Under the pieces are notes generated by a model that was not told the DNA's origin, did no database searches, and was given only the letters and a program-made list of their open reading frames with translations. A program made the position numbers and the translations under genes. Positions 29,698-38,628 of a stretch of DNA of 64,000 bases are shown piece after piece; positions within the stretch are counted from its first letter, which is position 1, and the number at the start of each line of letters is the position of its first letter. The stretch covers positions 1 through 64,000 of the forward strand of contig PLCF01000014.1 in NCBI GenBank assembly GCA_003135555.1, given 5' to 3'. This DNA comes from Vulcanimicrobiota bacterium (lineage in GTDB: Bacteria > Vulcanimicrobiota > Vulcanimicrobiia > Vulcanimicrobiales > Vulcanimicrobiaceae).

Positions 29698-31073
29698 GAG
29701 GCGGCACGGTCGTTACCGCGACCGACATCTTCCCCGCCGACGTGCTCGTCGAGGACGGCACGATCACCGCGATCGCGCGCTCGGTCCCCGGCGTCGGCCA
29801 CGAGACCGTCGACGCGTCGGGCGCGCTCGTGTTCCCGGGCTTCATCGATCCGCACACGCACCTGGACATGCCGTTCGGGGGGACGACGACGGTCGACGAC
29901 TTCGCCAGCGGTACCGTCGCGGCCGCGCTCGGCGGCACGACGACGATCGTCGACTTCGCGCTGCACACCAAGGGCGACTCGCTGGCCAACGCGCTCAAGA
30001 CCTGGCACGCCAAGGCCGCCGGGAAGGCGGTGATCGACTACGCGTTCCACCTCACCATCGCCGACGGCCGGCCCGAGACGATCGCCGAGATCCCCGAGAT
30101 GATCGCGCGTGAGGGCGTCAACTCGTTCAAGGTGTTCATGGCCTACAAGCACGTGCTACAAGTCGACGACGAGACGATCTTCAAGGTGCTCAAGGCTGCG
30201 GCCAACTACGGCGGGCTGGTGCAGGTACACGCCGAGAACGGCGACGTCATCGAGGTCACGGTCAAGGACGCCCTTGCGGCGGGCCATACCGCGCCGAAAT
30301 ACCACGGTCTCACGCGACCCGTCGAGCTCGAAGCCGAGGCCACGTCGCGCGCGATCCGGCTCGCCGAGGTCGCCGGCGCGCCACTGTACGTCGTCCACGT
30401 CTCGAGCGCGATGGCGGCCGACGCGATCAGCGACGGCCGCAAGCGCGGCTTGCACATCTACGGCGAGACCTGCCCGCAGTATCTCGTCTGTGACGCGACC
30501 GACTACGATCGGCCGGACTTCGCCGGCGCAAACTACGTGATGTCGCCGCCGCTGCGTGAGAAGTGGAACCAGGCGGTGCTGCTCAAGAAGCTCAAGAACG
30601 GCGAGCTGCACGCCTTCGGCTCCGACCACTGCTCGTTCAACAACTGCGGTCAGAAGGAGCTGGGGAAGGACGACTTCTCGAAGATCCCCAACGGCGCGCC
30701 GACGATCGAGGACCGCGTCGCGATCCTGTTCGAGCACGGTGTGGTCAAGGGTGTGATCGGTCTGAACCAATTCGTCGCGCTCGCCTCGACGAACCCGGCG
30801 AAGCTGTTCGGCCTGTTCCCGCGCAAGGGCACGATCGCGGTGGGCAGCGACGCCGACATCGTGGTGTGGGATCCCGCCGTCGAGCGCACGATCTCGGCGC
30901 AGACGCACCACATGAAGGCCGACAACAACATCTTCGAGGGAATGTCGGTGCACGGTCGCCCGCGCTACGTCTTCTCGCGCGGCCGCAAGGTTGCCGACGA
31001 CGGCGCCTTCGTCGGCTCGCCCGGCGCCGGCATCCACCAGAAGTCGGCGCCATTCCGCCCCGTTCAATTGTAG
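29682..31073 (+). CDS. hydA: Dihydropyrimidinase / D-hydantoinase
   Basis: PGFIDPHTH, SFKVFMAY, VHAENG, SPPLR and GSDHC. Start placed at a non-canonical ATC after a gagagg RBS. Confidence 0.92.
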   Translation: MGTIVRGGTVVTATDIFPADVLVEDGTITAIARSVPGVGHETVDASGALVFPGFIDPHTHLDMPFGGTTTVDDFASGTVAAALGGTTTIVDFALHTKGDSLANALKTWHAKAAGKAVIDYAFHLTIADGRPETIAEIPEMIAREGVNSFKVFMAYKHVLQVDDETIFKVLKAAANYGGLVQVHAENGDVIEVTVKDALAAGHTAPKYHGLTRPVELEAEATSRAIRLAEVAGAPLYVVHVSSAMAADAISDGRKRGLHIYGETCPQYLVCDATDYDRPDFAGANYVMSPPLREKWNQAVLLKKLKNGELHAFGSDHCSFNNCGQKELGKDDFSKIPNGAPTIEDRVAILFEHGVVKGVIGLNQFVALASTNPAKLFGLFPRKGTIAVGSDADIVVWDPAVERTISAQTHHMKADNNIFEGMSVHGRPRYVFSRGRKVADDGAFVGSPGAGIHQKSAPFRPVQL

Positions 31074-31089
31074 GTCAGGAGTTGTCACG

Positions 31090-31980
31090 ATGAGCGATGC
31101 CGACATCATCAGGATCGGCTTGGTCCAGGCGCACCACGACACCGACGGCCCCGAGCCCGTCGAGGTGCACAAGCGCGAGGCGATCAAGAAGCACGAGCGC
31201 ATGATCCGCGAGGCGGCGCAGCGCGGCGCGCAGATCGTGTGCCTGCAGGAGCTCTTCTACGGGCCGTACTTCTGCACCGAACAGGACCCGAAGTGGTACG
31301 AGGCGACCGAACCGGTCCCCGACGGCCCGACGACGCGCCTGATGCAAGACTTGGCGCGCGAGTTGGGGATCGCGCTCGTCGTTCCGCTCTACGAGCGCAC
31401 CTTCAGCGGCGTGTACTACAACACCGCAGTCATCATCGACGCCGACGGCGCCGTGCTGGGGATCTACCGCAAGCACCATCTTCCGCAGGTCGCGGCGGGC
31501 CCGCCGGGATGCGGCTTCTGGGAGAAGTACTACTTCAAACCCGGCAACGCCGGATACCCGACCTTTCAGACGAAGTTCGCGCGCATCGGCGCGTACATCT
31601 GTTACGACCGCCATTTCCCCGAAGGCGCGCGGCTGCTCGGCCTGGCGGGCGCGGAGATCGTCTTCAACCCGTCGGCGACCGTCGCGGGCCTGTCGGAATA
31701 TCTCTGGAAGCTCGAACAGCCGGCGCATGCCGTCGCCAACGGATACTACGTCGGCGCCATCAACCGCGTGGGCTTCGAAACGCCCTGGAACATGGGCGAA
31801 TTCTACGGGCAATCGTACCTCGTCGATCCGCGCGGGCAGTTCGTGGCCATGGGTTCGCGTGACAAGGACGAGGTCGTGATCGGCGACATGGACCGCCGCG
31901 TGATCGAAGAGGTCCGCAACACCTGGCAGTTCTACCGCGACCGCCGCCCCGAGACGTACGGCGCGATGGTCGAAGTCTAG
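31090..31980 (+). CDS. Beta-ureidopropionase (nitrilase-family C-N hydrolase)
   Basis: QELFYGPYFC, YRKHH and ICYDRHFPE motifs; operon context. Confidence 0.88.
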   Translation: MSDADIIRIGLVQAHHDTDGPEPVEVHKREAIKKHERMIREAAQRGAQIVCLQELFYGPYFCTEQDPKWYEATEPVPDGPTTRLMQDLARELGIALVVPLYERTFSGVYYNTAVIIDADGAVLGIYRKHHLPQVAAGPPGCGFWEKYYFKPGNAGYPTFQTKFARIGAYICYDRHFPEGARLLGLAGAEIVFNPSATVAGLSEYLWKLEQPAHAVANGYYVGAINRVGFETPWNMGEFYGQSYLVDPRGQFVAMGSRDKDEVVIGDMDRRVIEEVRNTWQFYRDRRPETYGAMVEV

Positions 31981-31993
31981 GCCGCACCAACCC

Positions 31994-33490
31994 ATGAAAA
32001 CGCAGGTCGAGCGCGAGGGTATCGTCACCCTCACCGACGACGCCGCGGCCGTCGCGGCGCGCAATGCCGACTTCTGGAACGACGACCTGCGGCCGTGCAC
32101 CACGGCCGAGCACGACTGGCGCGCCTCGCGGTTTGCGAGCTTGTGGATCGGGATGTGCCTGTGCATCCCGACCTGGTCGCTCGCCGGCGGCATGATCGAT
32201 GCGGGGATGAGCTGGTGGGAAGCCGTGCTGACGCTGCTCAGCGGAAGCCTCGTCGTGCTGATCCCGATCCTGTTGGTCGCGCACGCCGGAACGCGTTACG
32301 GCATTCCCTATCCGGTCTTCGCCCGGCTGTGGTTCGGGACGCGCGGCGCGCATCTGCCGGCCCTGGCGCGCGCCGTCATCGGCGCCGGCTGGTTCGGGAT
32401 CAACGCCTGGTTCGGCGGGCTCGCGCTCGACGCGATCGCCGGGCGCATCGCGCCGGCGTGGAGCTCTTTCGGTGGACACATCGCGGTCGCGTTCGCCGCG
32501 TTTTGGCTGCTCAACGTCGCCATCGCGATGCGCGGCCCGCAAGCGATCGGGCGGCTCGCCGCGTTCGCCGCGCCGACGCTGGGCATCGCCGCGCTGGCGC
32601 TCTTCGCTTGGGGGCTGAGCGCGGCGGGAGGCGTCGGTCCGATGCTCGCGGCCCCGCCCAAGCTCCAGGGCGTCGCGTTCTGGATCGCGTTCTTCCCCTT
32701 GATGATCGGGGTGGTTGCGTTTTGGGCGACGCTGGCTCTGAACATCCCCGACTTCTCGCGCTACGCCGTCTCGCAGCGCGCCCAGCTGCGCGGCCAACTC
32801 GTGATGCCCATCGTCATGGCGCTGTTCGGGTTCGTCGCCATCGCGGTGACGTCGGCAACCGTCGTGGTGTTCGGCAAGGCGCTGTGGAACCCGGTGGAGC
32901 TGCTGGTGCGGTTCCCCACCGTCGTGGTGCTGATCGGCGGCGTACTGGTGATCCTGTCGTCGATCACGATCAACGTCGGCGCCAACGTCATGGCGCCGGC
33001 CCGCGCGTTCGAGAACCTCTGGCCTAACAAGGTCACCTTCGCGACCGGGGCGATCGTGACCGGCGTGCTCGCGTTGGCGATGCAGCCCTGGTTCGTCCTG
33101 GAACGCTACGGCAACTACGTCTTCCTGTGGCTCGGCACGTACGGCACATTGCTGGGCCCGTTCGACGGCATCGCGATCGCCGACTACTGGCTGGTGCGTA
33201 AGCTGCGCTTGGACCTCGTGGGCCTGTACTCACCCGGCGCGCGCTACGACTATGCGCGCGGCTGGAACGTGCGCGCGATCGTAGCCCTGGTCGTCGGCTG
33301 GCTCCCGCCGCTGGTCGGGTTGTGGTATGCGCCGCTGCACTTCTTGTGGTCCGGCGGCTGGCTCTTCAGCATCGTCGTCGCAGGATTCGCCTACGCTTGG
33401 TTCATGCGCGCCGACAAGTCGCGCATCAGCGCCGACGAATATGCGGCGATCACCGAAGTCGACGATCTCGCGCTATCTGCCCCCACCTGA
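31994..33490 (+). CDS. NCS1 nucleobase:cation symporter
   Basis: About 12 TM helices; GTRYGIPYPV..R, GWFGI, WATLALNIPDFSRY and ADYW. Confidence 0.9.
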   Translation: MKTQVEREGIVTLTDDAAAVAARNADFWNDDLRPCTTAEHDWRASRFASLWIGMCLCIPTWSLAGGMIDAGMSWWEAVLTLLSGSLVVLIPILLVAHAGTRYGIPYPVFARLWFGTRGAHLPALARAVIGAGWFGINAWFGGLALDAIAGRIAPAWSSFGGHIAVAFAAFWLLNVAIAMRGPQAIGRLAAFAAPTLGIAALALFAWGLSAAGGVGPMLAAPPKLQGVAFWIAFFPLMIGVVAFWATLALNIPDFSRYAVSQRAQLRGQLVMPIVMALFGFVAIAVTSATVVVFGKALWNPVELLVRFPTVVVLIGGVLVILSSITINVGANVMAPARAFENLWPNKVTFATGAIVTGVLALAMQPWFVLERYGNYVFLWLGTYGTLLGPFDGIAIADYWLVRKLRLDLVGLYSPGARYDYARGWNVRAIVALVVGWLPPLVGLWYAPLHFLWSGGWLFSIVVAGFAYAWFMRADKSRISADEYAAITEVDDLALSAPT

Positions 33491-33841
33491 TCAGGAACGC
33501 GTCTCCGGAACGTTGTCGAGCTGCGCGGCGAGCCGCCGCGGTGCCCGCAGGTGCCATGCCTCGGTGAGCAGTTCGCGCAGCTCGTCGGCGCCGACGTGGG
33601 CGAGCCGCACGAGCACCCAGGGATAGTTTTCGTAGTGCGGCGTGGTGAAGAACTTCTGGGGCTCGGCGAGCATGAGCGCCTCGCGTTCGGGGCCGACCCG
33701 TAATACCAGCGTCTCGCCGTCCTCGCGCAGCCGCGCGATCAGCCGGCCGCGCACCTTGAGCGCGGGCGTACCGTACGACGTGCTCTCCTCGATCTCGGGC
33801 AGTGCCGCCGCCAGCCCGAGAATCTCGCTCCAGGTCAACAC
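33491..33841 (-). CDS. MmcQ/YjbR family protein
   Basis: LPEIEESTSYGTPALKVRG, FTTPHYENYPWVLVRL and EAW. Start is GTG or TTG at 33841/33838. Confidence 0.8.
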   Translation of the reverse strand: MLTWSEILGLAAALPEIEESTSYGTPALKVRGRLIARLREDGETLVLRVGPEREALMLAEPQKFFTTPHYENYPWVLVRLAHVGADELRELLTEAWHLRAPRRLAAQLDNVPETRS

Positions 33842-33861
33842 AGCGAGCGCGCGCTTAACGC

Positions 33862-35217
33862 TCAGCCCTTCGTCGCCGCGTGCGCCTCGGACAGGTCTCC
33901 GACGGCGCCGTCGATCGTTGCGACGACCTCGTCGATCTGGTCGTCGGTGATGATGAGCGGCGGCGCAATGTGCATCACGTTGTAGCGCCCGAAGCCGTAG
34001 GCGCCGCGCTTCTTCAAGCCCGCGAACAACGACGGCATCGGTCCCATCGACGTCCCTTGCCACGGCACGAGCGGCGCCCGCGTCTTGCGGTCGCTCACGA
34101 ACTCCAGCGCGAAGAACGCGCCGGCGCCGCGCACCTCGCCGACGATCTCGTGCGCATCACGGACGCGTTCGAGCCCGGCCCGCAGCCGACTCTCGATCGC
34201 CTTGGCGCGGGCGAACAGGTCGCCGTCGCGGTAGGCTTGCAGCGTGGCGACGCCGGTGGCCATCGCGAGCGGATGTCCCGAGTACGTGTGCCCCGCCGGC
34301 AACGGTTTGTCGTCGAAGCCGCGCGCGTAGCGTTCGCGGATCAACACGCCGCCCAGCGGAACGTATCCCGACGTGACGCCCTTGGCGATGGTCATCAGGT
34401 CCGGCACGACACCGAAGCGTTCGCCGCCGAAGGCCGCGCCGACGCGGCCGAATCCGGTCATCACCTCGTCGAAGACGAGCAGGATCCCGTGCGCGTCGCA
34501 CAGCGCGCGCAACCCGGCCAGATAGCCCGGCGGGAAGACGATCACGCCGTTGGAACCGATGACGGGCTCGATCAGAATCGCCGCGACCGCATTGGGGTTC
34601 TCGGCCGCGATGGTTTCGGCGACGTGCTGCAGAGCGCGCCGCGTCTCCTCGGCCGGATCGTCGGTGAAGAACGGGCTGCGGTACGGAAACGGCGTCCAGA
34701 AGTGCACCACGCCCGGCATCACGTTCGTGGGCTCGTTGTACCAGCGGCGGTTCTCGCCGGTCAGCGTCGCCGAGCCGGCCCCCGACCCGTGGAACGAGCG
34801 ATACGCCGCGAGCACTTTGGCCCGGCCGGTGACGGCGCGCGCGAACTTGATCGCGTCCTCGTTCGCCGCCGCGCCGGAGGTCGTGAAAAACGCCCGCCCG
34901 CCCTCGGCGCCCCACGGCGCGAGACCGACGAGCGCCTCGGCCAGCTCGGCGCGCGTGTCGTTGAACCAGTTGGGAGGGCTGAAGCACAGGCGGTCGACCT
35001 GGGCGTGCATCGCGGCGCGGACGCCGGGATGGCCGTGTCCCAAGTTCACCGCGATCAGCCCGGAGGTGAGGTCGGCGTAGCGCTGCCCGTCGTCGTCGTA
35101 GAGGTAGATGCCCTCGCCGCGCACGATCATCGGCGGCTGCAGGTTCCCCTGGGCCAGCCACGGGGTGAGCACGTAGCGCGCGTGCTTGGTCTTGAGCGCT
35201 TCGCCGGCGACGATCAT
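33862..35217 (-). CDS. Class III aminotransferase (probable beta-alanine transaminase)
   Basis: RGEGIYL, SFHG, FDEVMTGFGR, AKGVTSGYVPLG and GHTYSGHP; adjacent to the pyrimidine operon. Confidence 0.85.
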   Translation of the reverse strand: MIVAGEALKTKHARYVLTPWLAQGNLQPPMIVRGEGIYLYDDDGQRYADLTSGLIAVNLGHGHPGVRAAMHAQVDRLCFSPPNWFNDTRAELAEALVGLAPWGAEGGRAFFTTSGAAANEDAIKFARAVTGRAKVLAAYRSFHGSGAGSATLTGENRRWYNEPTNVMPGVVHFWTPFPYRSPFFTDDPAEETRRALQHVAETIAAENPNAVAAILIEPVIGSNGVIVFPPGYLAGLRALCDAHGILLVFDEVMTGFGRVGAAFGGERFGVVPDLMTIAKGVTSGYVPLGGVLIRERYARGFDDKPLPAGHTYSGHPLAMATGVATLQAYRDGDLFARAKAIESRLRAGLERVRDAHEIVGEVRGAGAFFALEFVSDRKTRAPLVPWQGTSMGPMPSLFAGLKKRGAYGFGRYNVMHIAPPLIITDDQIDEVVATIDGAVGDLSEAHAATKG

Positions 35218-35265
35218 GAGCGGCCTCCTGCAGGCGCCGTACGCCGCGGGCGGCCGATGCCCCCG

Positions 35266-35817
35266 CTAGCGCCGGCGCTCGAGCACCGCGAACAGCTCGC
35301 GCAGCGGGAGCGCAAACTCCGGCACCGCCGCGTGCGCGAGCACGTCGTCATCGCGCAGGGTGCGCGTGCCGTCCGCGTCGTGCAGCTGCACCGTGCGCTG
35401 CGGCGGATCGACCACGACCACCAACGCCGAGCCGCCGGCGAGATAGACGCCGATCTTGTGCTCGAGGTGACGCCGGCGCCAGCCGGGCGAGAGAATCTCG
35501 ACCGCGACGTCGGGTGCGAACGGCGGCAGCTCGAGGTCGAGCCCTTCGAGCGCGTCGAGGCGCGCATGCGAGACGAACGCGATGTCGGGAACCAGTGGCC
35601 GCCGGACCTCGCCCGGCGGCGCGATGCGAAAGCGCCACTCCGGACCAACTTCACCACGGCCCTTGGCCCAATGCGATAGCGCATTGCAAATCGTCGCTTG
35701 CAACAACGCATGGGTCCGAAACGGGCTCACCTTGCGCACCGCGCGACCGAGAATCCATTCGGTCTCAGGCTTGGTGATGGGCAGAACGATTTCGTGCAGC
35801 GACATCGGCTCACGCAT
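35266..35817 (-). CDS. Uma2 family endonuclease-like protein
   Basis: VPDIAFV, APDVAVEILSP and K..YL.GG..V.VVDP motifs. Confidence 0.85.
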   Translation of the reverse strand: MREPMSLHEIVLPITKPETEWILGRAVRKVSPFRTHALLQATICNALSHWAKGRGEVGPEWRFRIAPPGEVRRPLVPDIAFVSHARLDALEGLDLELPPFAPDVAVEILSPGWRRRHLEHKIGVYLAGGSALVVVVDPPQRTVQLHDADGTRTLRDDDVLAHAAVPEFALPLRELFAVLERRR

Positions 35818-35861
35818 TGCTATCACGCCGCCGGGCGCGAACGCAATACCCAAGCAGTCTG

Positions 35862-36686
35862 CTAGTGCGGGAGGCCGAACAACGTCTGAATCAGCAGCCA
35901 GAGTTTGACGAAAAGATTCGGGACGAACACGATGAGCGCGACGAGCGAGGCCATGGTTCGCTCGACCCCGCCGATCAAGAACGGCAGCCCGCACAGCAGG
36001 ATGATGAGGATCCATCCGACCAGCGGCGCGAACGCGCGCAGCGGACTCCGCGCCACCAGCGTCCCGCTCGCCAAGTCACCGAGCCGGCGGTGGCCGGGAA
36101 GCAGTGCTAACACAGCGCCGATGACGAGCAGGTCGATCGGCCGCAGGAGGTTGCGCACGAACGCACGCCCCAGGCCGACGAAGCGCGCGCCGGGCGCGTA
36201 GACTTGCAGTCCGAACGCCAGCTTCCAAATCGTGGTACCGAGCAGCGCTTCGGCGAGCCACACGTAGACCAGCGCGATGACGACCCCCAGCCCGAGCGTC
36301 GCGTCCAAGCCGGACTCGCTCGTCGTCGGCAAGCCGTTGAGCGGGTTGATCGCGATGAGCGAGTATGCCAGAGCGCTGACCACCAGCGCGACCATGACGA
36401 CATCCAGCACGAACGCGAAGAAGCGCGCGACCATGTACCCGAACGGATTGCCGAACTCGTAGCGCGGCCGGTCGGGTGCGGCCGACGGCCGGGGCGGCGG
36501 CAGGACGGTACCGCCAACCGGCGCCGCTACCGGCACTGCGGTCGGAGGGTGTACCGGGGCCGGGGCGGGCGCAGCCGGCGGAGGCTCGAGCGTGCCGTGC
36601 TCCACCGGGGTTGGCGGCGGCTCGACGCGCTGCATCGCGACGGTGGGTTCGAGGCCGTCTTCGGGCGGCGGCGGCGGCTGCTGCAT
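35862..36686 (-). CDS. RDD family membrane protein
   Basis: Pro-rich N-terminus, RFFAFVLD, RNLLRPID and RRLGDLASGT. Confidence 0.82.
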   Translation of the reverse strand: MQQPPPPPEDGLEPTVAMQRVEPPPTPVEHGTLEPPPAAPAPAPVHPPTAVPVAAPVGGTVLPPPRPSAAPDRPRYEFGNPFGYMVARFFAFVLDVVMVALVVSALAYSLIAINPLNGLPTTSESGLDATLGLGVVIALVYVWLAEALLGTTIWKLAFGLQVYAPGARFVGLGRAFVRNLLRPIDLLVIGAVLALLPGHRRLGDLASGTLVARSPLRAFAPLVGWILIILLCGLPFLIGGVERTMASLVALIVFVPNLFVKLWLLIQTLFGLPH

Positions 36687-36732
36687 ATCCCGGACAGTAC
36701 CCGACCGGCCCGCCGCACGCCTTGCTAACGGC

Positions 36733-38343
36733 TTACACGAAGCCGCTGGCCGCGGTCGCGCCTTTCTTGCGCAGCTCGGCTTGGCGCAGCTCGACGCGGC
36801 GAATCTTCCCCGAGCGCGTCTTGGGCAGCTCCGCCAGAAACTCGATCGCGCGCGGGTACTTGTACGGCGCGGTGACGCGCTTGCAGTGCTCCTGCAACTC
36901 GCGCGCCAGCGCGTCGCTGGGCTCGTAGCCCGGCCGTAGCACGACGAACGCTTTGACGATGTTGCCGCGATCGGCGTCCGGCGAGCCGACCACCGCCGAC
37001 TCCATGACGGCGGGATGCCCGAGCAGCGCGCTCTCGACCTCGAACGGGCCGATGCGATACGCGCCTGAGGAGATGACGTCGTCGGCACGCCCGACGAACC
37101 AGAAGTACCCGTCGTCGTCCACCTGCGCGCGGTCGCCGGTGATATACCACTCGCCGCGGCGCGAGCTGCGCGTCTCCTCGTCGTTGCCGTAGTAGCCGCG
37201 GAACAGCGAGGGCGGGTCGCCGCGCAGCGCGATGTCACCGATCTCGCCGGGCTCGCACACGCGACCCTGCTCGTCGACGACGGCGACGTCGTGTCCGGGC
37301 GTCGGCTTGCCCATCGAGCCGGGCCGCACGTCGGTACCGGGACGGTTGGCGACGAGCAGCGTGTTCTCGGTCTGACCGTAGCCGTCGAGGATGGTCAAAC
37401 CGAACGCGGCCTTCCAGAGCTCGATCACCTCGGGGTTGAGCGGCTCGCCGGCGCTCACGCAGTGGCGCAGATGCGGCAGCTTCCAGCGTCCGCCCAAATC
37501 CGGCAACTTCGCCAACAGACGGTACTCGGTCGGCGCCTGACACAGCACCGTCACGCCGAGGTCGCGAATCATGTCCATGCGCTCTTCGGGGACGAACGCG
37601 CCCTCGTGCAACACGATCGGTGCGCCGCACGACCACGGCCCCAGCAACACGTTCCACAGCGACTTGGCCCAGCCGGTGCCGGCGGTGCACCACACGAGAT
37701 CGCGCGGCTTGACGTCGAACCAGATCGCGGCTTGCACCCGCTTGCCGTAGGTGAAGGCGACGGAATGCACGACGCCTTTCGGGTCCTTGGTCGTACCGCT
37801 GGTGTAGACGACGTACGCCATGTCGTCGGCTTGCGTCGCCTCACCGTCCCAGGGCTGCGCGCGTTCGAGCAGCGGATCGGTGCTCGTCCAACCGCGACGC
37901 TCGGCGCCGACGAGCAGATATGTGCGCACGGTCGTCGCGTCCGCGCGCATCGCCTCGAACTCGGCGGCGTTGCCGGCGTACGCCACAACCGCGACGGCGC
38001 CGCTGTGGTTGGCGCGGTAGAGCAGATCCTTCGCGCGCAGCTGCTCGGCGCTGGGCACCGCGACGGCTCCGATGCGCAGCATCGCCGTCATGCAGAACAG
38101 CCAGTCGGGGATCTTGGGCAGCACGACGACGACGCGGTCGCCTTTGCCGACGCCGGCATCGCGGAGAACGGCCGCCCAGCGCTTGGACGCCTCGGCGATT
38201 TGCGCGAAGCGGTACTCGTGGCGCTTCCCCGCCGCATCGACGAACAGCAACCCCAGGCGATCCTCGGCTGCCAAGCGGTCGACGACGTCGCGTGCGAAGT
38301 TGAAGCCGGGCGGAACGTCCCAGGTGAACGAAGCGTCGGTCAT
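36733..38343 (-). CDS. Acyl-CoA synthetase (medium-chain/ACSM-like)
   Basis: FNFARDV, YTSGTT..PKGV, SAGEPL, YGQTE, GRADD and PKTRSGKI. Start MTDASF. Confidence 0.92.
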   Translation of the reverse strand: MTDASFTWDVPPGFNFARDVVDRLAAEDRLGLLFVDAAGKRHEYRFAQIAEASKRWAAVLRDAGVGKGDRVVVVLPKIPDWLFCMTAMLRIGAVAVPSAEQLRAKDLLYRANHSGAVAVVAYAGNAAEFEAMRADATTVRTYLLVGAERRGWTSTDPLLERAQPWDGEATQADDMAYVVYTSGTTKDPKGVVHSVAFTYGKRVQAAIWFDVKPRDLVWCTAGTGWAKSLWNVLLGPWSCGAPIVLHEGAFVPEERMDMIRDLGVTVLCQAPTEYRLLAKLPDLGGRWKLPHLRHCVSAGEPLNPEVIELWKAAFGLTILDGYGQTENTLLVANRPGTDVRPGSMGKPTPGHDVAVVDEQGRVCEPGEIGDIALRGDPPSLFRGYYGNDEETRSSRRGEWYITGDRAQVDDDGYFWFVGRADDVISSGAYRIGPFEVESALLGHPAVMESAVVGSPDADRGNIVKAFVVLRPGYEPSDALARELQEHCKRVTAPYKYPRAIEFLAELPKTRSGKIRRVELRQAELRKKGATAASGFV

Positions 38344-38382
38344 GCCCGAGGATTCGCAGGACCCACCGGCGCACCCGCTCTC

Positions 38383-38619
38383 ATGGCCCGCTTCGATCCC
38401 GCCCGCATCCTCCGCGCTTCGCATATCCGCTACGGCAAGATCCGCATCAGCGGCGTCCCGGCGATTCTGCTCGGCGTTTCGGCGATCGTCGCGGTGGCTG
38501 GGACGACGCGCGCGCTGCGCGCCGCCGCCCCGTCGCTGGCCGACGTCTTCCGCGAGGCGACCAAGCTGGTCGACGCGGTCCGCACCGATCGCGGCGACCA
38601 GCACCGGCTCAACGCCTGA
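38383..38619 (+). CDS. Small membrane hypothetical protein (78 aa)
   Basis: Fills the intergenic gap, has one hydrophobic segment (GVPAILLGVSAIVAVAG) and coding-like codon usage. Confidence 0.5.
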   Translation: MARFDPARILRASHIRYGKIRISGVPAILLGVSAIVAVAGTTRALRAAAPSLADVFREATKLVDAVRTDRGDQHRLNA

Positions 38620-38628
38620 GCCGCAGCC

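Noticed and set aside
35266..35817. Uma2 (and the EVE gene at 45657) as a defence system
   Set aside because: Both are common stand-alone genes here, with no methylase, toxin or other defence partner adjacent.
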